DNA from: Clostridia bacterium
GTDB lineage: Bacteria > Bacillota > Clostridia > UBA1212 > DUPL01
DNA length: 64,000 bases
Assembly: GCA_050951325.1 (NCBI GenBank)
Contig: JBMNIW010000001.1
Location: 1 to 64,000, forward strand
Reading direction: 5' to 3'
Positions 40,996 to 51,123 of this stretch are shown here, piece by piece. The first letter of the stretch is position 1; each line of letters begins with the position of its first letter. The notes beneath the pieces are model-generated. The model worked only from the letters and a program-made list of their open reading frames with translations. It did no database searches and was not told the origin of the DNA. The position numbers were made by a program, and so were the translations under genes.

Positions 40996-42027
40996 TCACT
41001 TGACCGCTCTCCTTCTCGCAATAATTGCTATTACAACACCTACCAATACCAATACAACGCATACAACCGCAAAAGGTATCCAATCAGCCTTTTCGCCTTT
41101 TTCTTCGTCCGGCTTCTTGGTTGATTCATTTGTTTCTTTTGGAACTTCCGTATCAGTAGGCTCTGGTTTCGGAGTACCCGTAGGTTCCGGAGTATCCTCC
41201 ACTTCATAGCTCATAGTAACATTGTCAACATAAAAAGGATGATTCCTTCCTCCAAAGGCCACATGACAATCTTCCGCCACTAGTCTTGCATTATCAAGCT
41301 CCAATACCACATTGCCTTCGCTGTCTTTCAAAACCACCTTTTTGAAATACTCAAAGTCAACAGGCATATGTTCTGCGTCAATTTCGTACCTTCCCTTGTC
41401 GGACATCTCACAAGTTGCAATCAGTGCATCGTTAACAAAAACCTCAATTTTCTCACCATCATCCACAAATTTGATATTATTAAACTCTTTGTAATTGTAC
41501 GTCTCAGGCATTGGAAAATCATGATACACCGAACTAATCTGTTCATTCTCCGAATCCATCTGCATGTTCTTTATCCTAATTCGTACAGAATCCTGCCTTA
41601 ACGAAACCAGAAGTCCTGGTCCTCCGGTGGAGGACTCACCATTCTTGCCGCCCTTTTCTGTGTACCAATCCCACTCATAGAAAGGAAATGGTGCGCTTTC
41701 GTTCCTGCCTGCCCTGACAAAAACATTCACATCTCCCACCGCTTCCAGTTTCAAATCCAAACTAAATGTGTAAGGTGCAGTTATAGGGTCGTAGGAATAA
41801 AATTCTGAAAATCCCGTTACCTTTAAGAACTTGTTTCCGTCCTTTTCTTCAAGAACCGTCTCGCCATGAACAACAGAATGACCCCAGTCATAGCTGAACT
41901 TGTCAAAGTCGACGAAAGACGAACCAACCTCTTCATCCTCAAAGCTGCCGTCAGTTGTATATGTATATGCACTGACGAAAATGCAGAGGACGAGAAGAAG
42001 TACTACAATAATGAATTGCTTTTTCAT
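40996..42027 (-). CDS. Secreted beta-sandwich (lectin/LamG-like) protein with Pro/Thr linker and C-terminal TM anchor
   Basis: Signal peptide; I.F.DDG..I.V.VND..I and .DNV beta-jelly-roll-like patterns; TM helix plus RRR; the fold call is tentative. Confidence 0.6.
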   Translation of the reverse strand: MKKQFIIVVLLLVLCIFVSAYTYTTDGSFEDEEVGSSFVDFDKFSYDWGHSVVHGETVLEEKDGNKFLKVTGFSEFYSYDPITAPYTFSLDLKLEAVGDVNVFVRAGRNESAPFPFYEWDWYTEKGGKNGESSTGGPGLLVSLRQDSVRIRIKNMQMDSENEQISSVYHDFPMPETYNYKEFNNIKFVDDGEKIEVFVNDALIATCEMSDKGRYEIDAEHMPVDFEYFKKVVLKDSEGNVVLELDNARLVAEDCHVAFGGRNHPFYVDNVTMSYEVEDTPEPTGTPKPEPTDTEVPKETNESTKKPDEEKGEKADWIPFAVVCVVLVLVGVVIAIIARRRAVK

Positions 42028-42175
42028 TCTCTTTCACTCCCAACGAAATATCGTTATCCTAGGAATATCTTATACAATTTTCTTATTTTTTTCAACAAGT
42101 TAATATTTATCTATTCCATTCACTGTAAAATAAGTATATAATATGGTTTCGAAAGATACACAGGAGGTTTTTCAA

Positions 42176-43114
42176 TTGAGTATTGTTAGAATTGAAAATG
42201 TAACCAAAAAATATGGAAACATTGTGGCAGTAAATGATTTGTCACTTTCAATAGAAGAAGGTGAAATATTTGGTCTTCTTGGACCAAATGGAGCTGGAAA
42301 AAGCACCTTGATTAACATGATTACTTCCTTGATAACCATCGACGAAGGAAACATATATATTAAGGATGCAAATACAAAATCAAATGCGAACCTAACAAAA
42401 TCATTCACTGGCATAGTCCCTCAGGATATAGCGATATATGAGGACCTGACTTGTTTGGAAAACGTCAAATTCTTTGCAGGACTTTATGGTTTAAGAGGCA
42501 AGGAACTAAAAAGCAAGGCAATGGAAGCCCTTGAGTTTACAGGACTTTCCGACAAGGCCAAGGATTTTCCAAAAGGATTCTCAGGCGGCATGAAAAGAAG
42601 ACTCAACATCGCATGTGCCATTGCCCACAATCCTGAGATAATCATAATGGACGAACCTACGGTAGGCATTGACCCCCAGTCAAGAAACCACATTCTTCAG
42701 TCCGTAAAGGAATTGAACAGACGCGGCTGCACCGTTATATATACCAGCCACTATATGGAAGAGGTTGAAGAATTGTGTTCAAGAATTGCCATTATCGACT
42801 ATGGCAAAGTAATTGCTTTGGGCACAAAGCAGGAACTTAAAAGCATCGTAAAGCACAAGAATGAAGTATGGGTTACTGTAAAGAATAATATAGACAAGAT
42901 AGTACAAGAGGAATTGAAGGAAATTCCCGGTGTAACCGATGTTGAAATATATGAAAACACGGTCATGGTATACAGCATGCATGAAAGCGAGAACCTGGAA
43001 TCCATTATCGCATACTTCACATCAAAAGGGCTTGGAATACTTCAGATTGAATCAAAGGTCCCGGATCTTGAAACAGTGTTCCTTACACTGACAGGCAGAA
43101 AACTTAGGGACTGA
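42176..43114 (+). CDS. ABC exporter ATP-binding subunit
   Basis: GPNGAGKS, FSGGMKRR, IMDEPT; TTG start after AGGAGG. Confidence 0.93.
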   Translation: MSIVRIENVTKKYGNIVAVNDLSLSIEEGEIFGLLGPNGAGKSTLINMITSLITIDEGNIYIKDANTKSNANLTKSFTGIVPQDIAIYEDLTCLENVKFFAGLYGLRGKELKSKAMEALEFTGLSDKAKDFPKGFSGGMKRRLNIACAIAHNPEIIIMDEPTVGIDPQSRNHILQSVKELNRRGCTVIYTSHYMEEVEELCSRIAIIDYGKVIALGTKQELKSIVKHKNEVWVTVKNNIDKIVQEELKEIPGVTDVEIYENTVMVYSMHESENLESIIAYFTSKGLGILQIESKVPDLETVFLTLTGRKLRD

Positions 43115-43126
43115 CAGGAGGTTGTA

Positions 43127-44248
43127 ATGAATACTCTAAATATCATAATTAAAGAGTTGAAGCAGCTTGTCAGGGATAAAAAATCCAATGCCATCATGAT
43201 CCTTCTTCCAATTGTACTGATTTTCATTCTTTCAAAGGCTTTCTCAGGCAATTTTGGACAAACCCTGAAACTTGGCGATGTCAGTGTGCTTTATACCATG
43301 AATGCGGAAGAAAGCCTTGAGCAGAGCTTTGAAATGTTTATGGAAACCATAAACAAGGAGCTTGGCATTCAGTTTGTGGAAGCAAGCAAGAAAAAAGAAG
43401 GATTAAAAGCAGTCAAGGATGTAAAATACGCCTGCTATATAATGATAGAGGAAAATGAAATAGAGATATATAAAAACGAGAGATACAACTTTAGTGCAAA
43501 TCTTGTTGAATCCATGGTAAGAAGCTTTGCCAAGAGGTATGACGCATTGAATGAAATTGCAAAGTCAAACCCCCAGGCAATTGAAGCCATATTGAGCGAT
43601 GAGACCATGAATTTCACAGAGATAAAGTCGCTGGACGGAAAAAGATCACCAAGTTCTCTCGACTATTACGCAGTCACCATGCTCACTCTGTTTCTACTGT
43701 ACTCATCCTTGACAGGTTATTCATCCATCAAGAGCGAGCAGTACTTGAGAACACAATACAGAATATTTGCTTCCCCTGTAAAGAAACATGAATACCTGAC
43801 AGGCAAAATAATTGGGGATTTGTCCATTTCACTTTTGCAGGCCATGTGTGTCTTCATATTTGGAAAATACCTTCTTAACGCCAACTGGGGCAGCGACATA
43901 CCCACTGTATTATTGGTTGTACTTGCAGAATGCATAATGACCGTCTCTTTGGGAGCATGCACTGCAGTGCTTTTCCAGAAAGGCGAAACAGGGATTGCGG
44001 TTATCAACATTGCAATACCCGTAATGGCTTTCCTGGGCGGAGGATACGTACCCTTGTCCCAGACAGGTGACGCCATCAACAAACTTAGTGTAATATCACC
44101 GCTCAAGTGGACCAACGAAGCAATATTCAAGGTAATCTACAACAACGATTACAGCAGCGTGCCCATTGCCATAGGCATCAGTATTGGCATTGCGGCAATT
44201 GCAATTATGCTGACTGCAATAAAAACCGGAAAGGAAAAAAGCATATGA
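43127..44248 (+). CDS. ABC-2 type exporter permease
   Basis: One TM, large loop, then five TM; R..ASP, LGG.YVP, SPL.W motifs. Confidence 0.88.
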   Translation: MNTLNIIIKELKQLVRDKKSNAIMILLPIVLIFILSKAFSGNFGQTLKLGDVSVLYTMNAEESLEQSFEMFMETINKELGIQFVEASKKKEGLKAVKDVKYACYIMIEENEIEIYKNERYNFSANLVESMVRSFAKRYDALNEIAKSNPQAIEAILSDETMNFTEIKSLDGKRSPSSLDYYAVTMLTLFLLYSSLTGYSSIKSEQYLRTQYRIFASPVKKHEYLTGKIIGDLSISLLQAMCVFIFGKYLLNANWGSDIPTVLLVVLAECIMTVSLGACTAVLFQKGETGIAVINIAIPVMAFLGGGYVPLSQTGDAINKLSVISPLKWTNEAIFKVIYNNDYSSVPIAIGISIGIAAIAIMLTAIKTGKEKSI

Positions 44249-45396
44249 AAACCCTTCTGTTTTTGGTTAAAAATATATTAACACTAACTTTCAGAAGAAA
44301 ATCCAATATAGTTGTATACCTCATCCTGCCTATTATAAGTGTATTGGTTTCCCTTTTGATATACAGTAACACTGGCTCCAGCAACATGATTATAGGTTAC
44401 GTCGACAATGACAATACATTCTTTTCAATGGAGCTTCTTGACTCCATGGAATCGTTGTACGGCTACACTTTGAAAGATGTCAAAGGCGAGGATATGAATG
44501 ACCTTTTGCTGGATAACAAAATTGCTGCAGCCATTGTCATACCCAAAGGCTATGAAGACGGCATTTACAACAGCAGTATGGAAAACATACAAATTGTTTC
44601 CATCAAGGGATATGAGACCACCGCATGGCTTGAAAACTATATAAACCTGCACCAGAGAAACATAAAAGACCTGTGTTTTCGCCTGCAAACGGAGACAGGG
44701 AAAGCTTTGATGCAATGTATAAAAGCCATGCAGAGAACAAGCTTGAGGTATATGATATAAACCTCTCGGATGACAGATCCAAAAAGGACACGACCATCAC
44801 AAGCCTTGGCTTTCTTATCATGTTCATAATGCTTGGACAGGGCTTTTCTACACAGATGATACTGAAAGAAAAAAGAGAGAGAACTTACTACCGTATAGCC
44901 TCCTCTCCCGTTAAGACTTCAGAATTTCTGTTGGCCAACATCGTTGCATCAATGCTCATAAGTCTTATTCAAATAATACTTGTACTTGTCTTTTTGGAAC
45001 ATGTATTTCAAATAAATACATTCGTTCCGAGCAAACATTATGATATCAATCCTCTTTGTATTCTCACTGGTGGCCTGTGGAATAGGTCTTGTCGTAACAT
45101 CCTACTCCGACTCCTCCTATATGGCAAGCACGCTGAATACAATGATACTCACACCAACCTGCATGATTGGAGGATGCTTCTGGCCTGTATACATCATGCC
45201 AAAGTTCATGCAAAACCTTTCCTACATTGTGCCCCAGAGATGGGCTTTGGAGGCCATTGAGAAAATACAAAAAGGATACGACTACACGGCCATCGTCCTG
45301 AACCTGTTTGTTCTTTTGATGTTTGCAGTCGTATTCTTCATGATTGCTATTCTAAGGTTGAAAAAGCTAAAGAGCGTGGAGAAATTCGTTTATTGA
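44245..45396 (+). pseudogene. Second ABC-2 permease, interrupted by two frameshifts
   Basis: Consecutive permease parts in three ORFs (IGYVDND; EKRE.T..RI..SP; GGCFWP..IMP..P..WA); shifts near 44680 and 45033; could be sequencing error. Confidence 0.75.
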
Positions 45397-45875
45397 TATC
45401 TGGCGTAAGATTTTCCATACCAGCTCATGGCACACGCAGCAATGAACAATGTACCTGAGATTTTGGCAAGAAATGAAACATAATCAAGGTTCATAAATAT
45501 GGCATTCAGCGTCAGCACTTCCGCCTGGGTTTTATTTGCCAAAAACTGCATGTTGCTTATAAATCTGCCCAGGAAGGAAAAAGCTCCGCTGAACAAGACT
45601 ATGCCAACTATCTCAAACGCTCTTGTAGAGTAAACATCCTTGAGTTTGCTTAGTATAACCAAAGAGATGGTTGCCTGTATAATATAATGCAGTATGGAAG
45701 TCACATATCCAAATGGCAGAACAAAGCTGGCGTTTTCAATATCTTCATAAACAAGAGAATATGAAGCGGCAAGCTTTTTCTGTACAGTGATAAAACAAGT
45801 GAATGCAATAAGATAAATCAAACCCAAAATTAAAGAGATACTAAACATCCATTTGATAGTTTTTTCTTTATACAT
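45390..45875 (-). CDS. Hypothetical membrane protein (about 4 TM)
   Basis: 161-aa ORF with four hydrophobic segments. Confidence 0.6.
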   Translation of the reverse strand: MYKEKTIKWMFSISLILGLIYLIAFTCFITVQKKLAASYSLVYEDIENASFVLPFGYVTSILHYIIQATISLVILSKLKDVYSTRAFEIVGIVLFSGAFSFLGRFISNMQFLANKTQAEVLTLNAIFMNLDYVSFLAKISGTLFIAACAMSWYGKSYARYQ

Positions 45876-45892
45876 AAAATACTTCTTTCAAT

Positions 45893-45929
45893 ACAATTCA
45901 CCATTCGCAATTGGCGAATGGTGAATTGT
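45893..45929. terminator. Long hairpin downstream of the GH99-like gene
   Basis: ACAATTCACCATTCGC...GCGAATGGTGAATTGT perfect 16-bp stem. Confidence 0.7.
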
Positions 45930-45960
45930 TTTCATCATTCAACAAATATATTAATCTACC

Positions 45961-47943
45961 CTAAACTGATTTTTTATTTACAAGTATGATAACAGCAGCA
46001 GCAATTACACCAACCAAGACTATACTGGTTGCAATTATGATAGCGGTAGTGGTGGTAAAGCTAAAGCCTTCTTTCTCATCTCCCTTTTCTTCCAGATAAG
46101 CCGCCTTGTCCCTGAAGGCAAAGCAGAGTCTTCCGCCTGGAGCCACGTCGCCATTGAGGTAGAAGTCCATTATATCTCCATCCTCCTGCATATTGTCGGA
46201 CCACTTGAAGTTGAAGTTGAGAGGCTTATTCTTGAAGCCCAACATTTCTCTTGGGACTTCTATCTGCAGTACATTGCCGTTAACCGAGTATCTAACTTCG
46301 CCAACCTGCTCCCAGTCCCAGCCGCCTTTGCTTCTTTCAAGATATGCAACACTGTCGCTTGGAGTCCTTCTGTTTATAACGTATTCAAACTCTTCCCAGT
46401 CTACGGAGGTTTCTGTTGCCCTCTGGGTGTCCAAAAACAATCTCATCCAGGCCGGATCCGTATGAGGTGTAAGATCATCCACGGTTCTAACATAGAAATA
46501 TATGTTGTCATCATCGTATGTAACCTTTGTGTTTACTATGTCATTCCTCATGGTGTAGTTCTCATACTTGAGCCTGCCCCAGCCTCTTGAGTTTCTTTCG
46601 TAGGTGTTCTTTGTATAGTGATCATAGGACAGAATGGCAGGATCATCCCACTGGGACAAATCTCCAAATATGTCGATGGATACGCCATTCTCTGCATAAT
46701 CAATATCGGAAGCTCCCTTGAACCTCCTTACATTTGCAATGAGCTGGTAATAGTAGTAGTCTTTGAGAGCTCCTTTTGAAGGCTCTATGTCTCTTGAGTT
46801 CTCATCGTCAAACTGGTCGGGGAATGCATTCTCTATACCCATCCATTCATCGAATCTGCCCATTATCCATTCATTCCAGCCCGTTACAAAAATAATTTCC
46901 GGGTCCTGTTCAATGGCAAAATCAAACTGCTGTTGGAAGTTAAGACCATAGAACATGGAATTCTCAATATTCTTGTCAACCTTTATGGTCTTGTTCCTGT
47001 AGGTGTATGAATAGGAATATTCACCATTGGTATAGCTTCTTCCCATGTTGTTCGGTCCATTCATGGCACAGAGTCTCCATTCCACATAGTCTGCATTCTG
47101 CGCAATGCCAACTGTAACCTGTTCAACGGTACCGTCTTCATTCTTGTAGACGGCTTGAGGGTAAACATGGAGCCAACCCCAGTATCTGTCGTCCTTGTCA
47201 TCCTCGAAATATGAAGCTACATTTCTTCTCCATGTGAAGAACTCATAGATCTCCTTTTCCAGTGCGTTGTTCTGGTTAAGGCACTCCGGATGCGCCATAA
47301 TGAGGGGCTTGCCTTCCCAGTAGAACCACAAATCCTTGTATGCCTCTTTTTTGTAAAGCCTGTTGTAAATTGATTTCAATGATACAACAGTATCAGCTAA
47401 CGGCCCGAAGTTGAGCATGAAAATAATCTGCGGAGTCTTGACTCCCTGCTCTCTTGCTTCAGACCATACTTCACACAGAGCCAGGTATGCAGGTTCCCAG
47501 GTAAAGCTTCCGTTTGTACAGTCAAATGCAACAAAATCAATACCAGCATCCGCCAGCATCTCTGCCTGCTTTCTCAAAACGTATTTGTCGGTGCTGGTAT
47601 AATAACCGTAAATAGGCTCGTTCCAGAAGTATGATGTCGCATAATATTTTTTTCTCCAAAGATCATGGTTAAAATCATTCTTGATTTCAGGATGCTCTTT
47701 CATAATCTCAGTGACATTGTGAGGAGTATTGCTGATAAAGTTATAATGCCAGGTCCAGTAGAAAATACCTACGTATTTACCTTGCTTGATACCCTCCACC
47801 TCTTTATTCGTCGGCAACTCTCTACCCAGGCCGTCCACAGAAACCCATTTGGTTGGATCAATCTCTGCAGACACTACCATTGCAAGCAGCTGACTTAGAA
47901 TAAGTACAAATACAATTGCAAAGAGGACTCTCCTTTTAAACAC
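45961..47943 (-). CDS. Large secreted GH99/GH71-like protein with C-terminal beta domain and TM anchor
   Basis: Signal peptide; D.LGR.LP, VGIFY..WH, W.EP..GYY, AGIDF..D.TN, GKPL, TGWNEW, SRDIEP, FKW.DN; GTG at 47943 follows AAGGAG. Confidence 0.68.
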   Translation of the reverse strand: MFKRRVLFAIVFVLILSQLLAMVVSAEIDPTKWVSVDGLGRELPTNKEVEGIKQGKYVGIFYWTWHYNFISNTPHNVTEIMKEHPEIKNDFNHDLWRKKYYATSYFWNEPIYGYYTSTDKYVLRKQAEMLADAGIDFVAFDCTNGSFTWEPAYLALCEVWSEAREQGVKTPQIIFMLNFGPLADTVVSLKSIYNRLYKKEAYKDLWFYWEGKPLIMAHPECLNQNNALEKEIYEFFTWRRNVASYFEDDKDDRYWGWLHVYPQAVYKNEDGTVEQVTVGIAQNADYVEWRLCAMNGPNNMGRSYTNGEYSYSYTYRNKTIKVDKNIENSMFYGLNFQQQFDFAIEQDPEIIFVTGWNEWIMGRFDEWMGIENAFPDQFDDENSRDIEPSKGALKDYYYYQLIANVRRFKGASDIDYAENGVSIDIFGDLSQWDDPAILSYDHYTKNTYERNSRGWGRLKYENYTMRNDIVNTKVTYDDDNIYFYVRTVDDLTPHTDPAWMRLFLDTQRATETSVDWEEFEYVINRRTPSDSVAYLERSKGGWDWEQVGEVRYSVNGNVLQIEVPREMLGFKNKPLNFNFKWSDNMQEDGDIMDFYLNGDVAPGGRLCFAFRDKAAYLEEKGDEKEGFSFTTTTAIIIATSIVLVGVIAAAVIILVNKKSV

Positions 47944-48164
47944 CTGATTCACTCCTTATCATTTTGTATGCCAACATTCTATATCATGTCGGCTAAATTT
48001 TCAACAACCTGTGAAAAAAGAGGCATGATTTGAACATTATTAAAAACATTTAGTCAAAAACCAACCAACCCTTGTTGTTTTTACATATTATTTAAACAAT
48101 TTTACATATTTATATTATTACTGTTATGATTTAATCAGTATGGAATGATTAATCGGAGGTTCAT

Positions 48165-49775
48165 ATGAAAAGAATAGTGTGTTTCCTTGTATGCATTTCC
48201 ATGGTTCTTGCTATAGGGTGTAATGAAAAAACACCAGAAAAGATATACCAGCGCAACTGGCCTATAACCGATGCATACAAAAGCAAGGATATTGAAAAGC
48301 TTTTGATCAAGGTTAACAAATACTTTCAGGAGAACATGGAAACCCCAACAAACTCCTGGGATGATGCGGTCTATCACTCAGGGAACATACGCGCCTTCAT
48401 GCATACCGGTGTAAAGGAATTCTATGACTACAGTTATGGATACGCAACAAAACACCACTTTTTTGTTAACAACGGTGCAAATACAATAAACGGTGACTTT
48501 TACTGCATATCCCAGTTATACATAGACTTGTACCGGCTTACAGGAAAGGATTACATGCTGAAAGATGTATTGAGAAATGCAGATTTCAACGCAGACAGCC
48601 GTACCACCTTTGACTGGGTTGACCTTCTTTACATGTCTCTTCCAGTATTTGTTGATCTTACCCATATCACAGGGGACACAAAATACATTGATGACGCATT
48701 GAGAGCATATGAAAAAGCAAGAGAGATCATGTGGGATGAAGAAGACAGTCTTTGGTACAGGGACGCAAGGTTTGTCTACGGAGGCGGAAATCCCGACTCT
48801 GTAACCCCAAGCGGCAAAAAGGTATACTGGTCAAGGGGTAATGGCTGGGCTTTTTCTGCACTGGCAAAGTCCCTTGAATATCTAGACAAAGACCATATAG
48901 CGTATGAAATATTTGCAAATGACCTTAAACTTATGGCGGATGCTTTGAAGGAAAGACAGAGGGACGATGGTACATGGAATGCAAACCTTGACGACCCGGA
49001 GCATTTCGGAGGAATCGAAACCTCAGGCACAGTAATGTTCATGTACGGCTATATTGTAGGAATAAGGCTTGGAATACTGGATTTTGATACATACTTTCCC
49101 ATCGTACAGAAAATATATGAAGGATTGAAAAAACATGCAATTTCCAAAGAAGGCAGACTGCTGTATGTGCAGCCTGGGTCCGACAGTCCTCAAAGATACG
49201 CAAACTACCATGACGAGGATAAAAGAAGGGAACAAACCCGTCAATTTGCAGTAGGAGTATTCGTCATGGCCCTTTCCGAACTCATGCTTTTGTGCAAGGA
49301 TTATCAAAAACCGGATATAAATCTGAAAGAACCCGAGTACACTCCCTTTGCAACTCCAAAACTGGAAGAAGACTACTACATGGGAAAGATAAAAGCAAAA
49401 GCAACGAAAGAGCAGACAGGGAACACAGCAGACAGAATAGTTGACAAGAAGTTCGATGATATTAATGGACAGAGATGGTCCGCACAAGGATATCCAAACA
49501 GCGTAACGCTGGAATTTGAGGAAGTTCTTGATTTGCGGAAAATAACGGTTGTTCCGTATTTTAACAGGACATACATCTACACCATCGAAGCATCCATTGA
49601 CGGCGAGAATTATAATCTCATAGTTGAAAACGATGGCGAAATGCCTGCCATGAGATTCATTGACCATGAAATTGACACAAAAGCCAAATACATAAGACTT
49701 ACTGTCACTGGATGCACGAACTATACAGGTGATTGGATAAGCATAAACGAAGTACTTGTGTATGTTATAGATTAA
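48165..49775 (+). CDS. Lipoprotein GH105 (unsaturated uronyl hydrolase) with C-terminal F5/8 type C (CBM32) domain
   Basis: Lipobox LAIGC; W.D.LYM, LWYRD, WSRGNGW, ETSGT; RWSA..Y.IEAS.DG..AKYIRL..W.SI.E discoidin pattern. Confidence 0.85.
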   Translation: MKRIVCFLVCISMVLAIGCNEKTPEKIYQRNWPITDAYKSKDIEKLLIKVNKYFQENMETPTNSWDDAVYHSGNIRAFMHTGVKEFYDYSYGYATKHHFFVNNGANTINGDFYCISQLYIDLYRLTGKDYMLKDVLRNADFNADSRTTFDWVDLLYMSLPVFVDLTHITGDTKYIDDALRAYEKAREIMWDEEDSLWYRDARFVYGGGNPDSVTPSGKKVYWSRGNGWAFSALAKSLEYLDKDHIAYEIFANDLKLMADALKERQRDDGTWNANLDDPEHFGGIETSGTVMFMYGYIVGIRLGILDFDTYFPIVQKIYEGLKKHAISKEGRLLYVQPGSDSPQRYANYHDEDKRREQTRQFAVGVFVMALSELMLLCKDYQKPDINLKEPEYTPFATPKLEEDYYMGKIKAKATKEQTGNTADRIVDKKFDDINGQRWSAQGYPNSVTLEFEEVLDLRKITVVPYFNRTYIYTIEASIDGENYNLIVENDGEMPAMRFIDHEIDTKAKYIRLTVTGCTNYTGDWISINEVLVYVID

Positions 49776-49791
49776 CCAATGGAGGTGTTAA

Positions 49792-50550
49792 ATGTATAAA
49801 AAGCTTGTACTAATCATATTGTTCCTCTTGATTATTGGTCTACTGCCCGTTCATGCAGAAAGAACATACTTTTTCCAATGCGGTGACAGAACCCTTTGGG
49901 AGCCGGTAGAAGAAACATACATTGAGGGACAACAGGAAAAAGAATTGGGACCTATTAGAGTTTCAAGAGGTATTGGTATTGGATGGTTCAAGGCTGGAAA
50001 TGCGGTTGAAATTCTTGAACCTGTAGATTTTGGAGAAGGAATCATCAGCATGTCTGCCAAGGTAGCAGCTCAGTATCCTGAGGATCATTTTGAGACAAAC
50101 ATGCCCGATGCAAGGTTTGAAATCCGCATCGACTCCCATGACGGACCAATAATTGCATACGTCAAACCAATCGGCACCACATCTTGGGAGATCATGGAAG
50201 ATGCAGAAGTCGAAATTACCGAGGAAGGTAAAAACGTTAAAGGAGAACACACAATTTTCATAGTCAACCGTATTGGCACGCCGGAGGAATACCTCGAAGG
50301 AACTATAAAAGGCTCATGCAACTTCAATGAGCTTGAAATAGTTACAGATGCGGAAGAACCAACTCCCAAACCCACACCGGAACCTACAGAAACACCGACG
50401 AAGGCACCAACCCAGTCTCCGACACCCAGCAAGACACCTATACCCGACAAAAGCAACAATTACTCCTATGTAATTTTTATCATCATCGGTGCGGCAGTTG
50501 TTTTAGGTGCTGTTGTTGCAGTTCTTCTGATAAGAAAAAGAGGTAAATAA
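49792..50550 (+). CDS. CBM6-like protein with Pro/Thr linker and C-terminal TM anchor
   Basis: Signal peptide; IGW..G, VDFG.G, EIRIDS..GP.IA, T.SW, G.H..FI CBM6 pattern; TM helix plus RKRGK. Confidence 0.72.
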   Translation: MYKKLVLIILFLLIIGLLPVHAERTYFFQCGDRTLWEPVEETYIEGQQEKELGPIRVSRGIGIGWFKAGNAVEILEPVDFGEGIISMSAKVAAQYPEDHFETNMPDARFEIRIDSHDGPIIAYVKPIGTTSWEIMEDAEVEITEEGKNVKGEHTIFIVNRIGTPEEYLEGTIKGSCNFNELEIVTDAEEPTPKPTPEPTETPTKAPTQSPTPSKTPIPDKSNNYSYVIFIIIGAAVVLGAVVAVLLIRKRGK

Positions 50551-50558
50551 AATTAGGT

Positions 50559-50590
50559 AAAAAATAAGAGGCAACCCCTCTTTTTTTTTC
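50559..50590. terminator. Bidirectional intrinsic terminator
   Basis: A run-AAGAGG-loop-CCTCTT-T run between convergent genes. Confidence 0.65.
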
Positions 50591-50593
50591 ACC

Positions 50594-50884
50594 TCAAAAC
50601 GGGAAGTCATCGTCTTCTTCATCATGATATCCAAACACTTCATCAATCAGGAACATATCCTCATCAAAATCATCTTCAACATCGTCGTCTTCATCTTCAT
50701 CGTCGGAATAATAGTCTTCGTCTTCATCATCGGAGAAATAGTCGTCATCATCGTAGTCATCATAGTCGTCATCAAAATCATCGTCGAAATCGTCATCAAA
50801 GTCATCAAAATCATCATAATCATCTTCGAGATCATCGAAATCATCATAATCAAAATAGTCGTTTTTCTTTTTCTTTTTTCCCAT
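50594..50884 (-). CDS. Extremely acidic 96-aa low-complexity protein (Lys tract, Asp/aromatic repeats, DDDFPF end)
   Basis: GGAGG SD 7 nt before ATG; mixed GAT/GAC codons; terminator immediately downstream. Confidence 0.75.
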   Translation of the reverse strand: MGKKKKKNDYFDYDDFDDLEDDYDDFDDFDDDFDDDFDDDYDDYDDDDYFSDDEDEDYYSDDEDEDDDVEDDFDEDMFLIDEVFGYHDEEDDDFPF

Positions 50885-51123
50885 ATGAAAACCTCCACAG
50901 ATAATAACTTAGCATATATTTTACTCAGTTTTTTTCAATAATCAAGATGGTTTTTAAATATTTTTATGTAAATTTTTCAGTTATTCAAGCTCCTCCAAAA
51001 TACGTCATATTCCCTTATTTCCTTTATTTTCCTCCCCACCATTATACCATGATACTATACGAAATAGTTTAATTTTTTTTACATTTGATATATACTATAA
51101 AAAAACACGAAAAGGAGATACAG

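Noticed and set aside
50624-50941. Ile-rich (+) and Met/Thr-rich (-) ORFs over the acidic gene
   Set aside because: Shadow frames of GAT/GAC repeats; only the Asp-rich frame has a well-placed SD.
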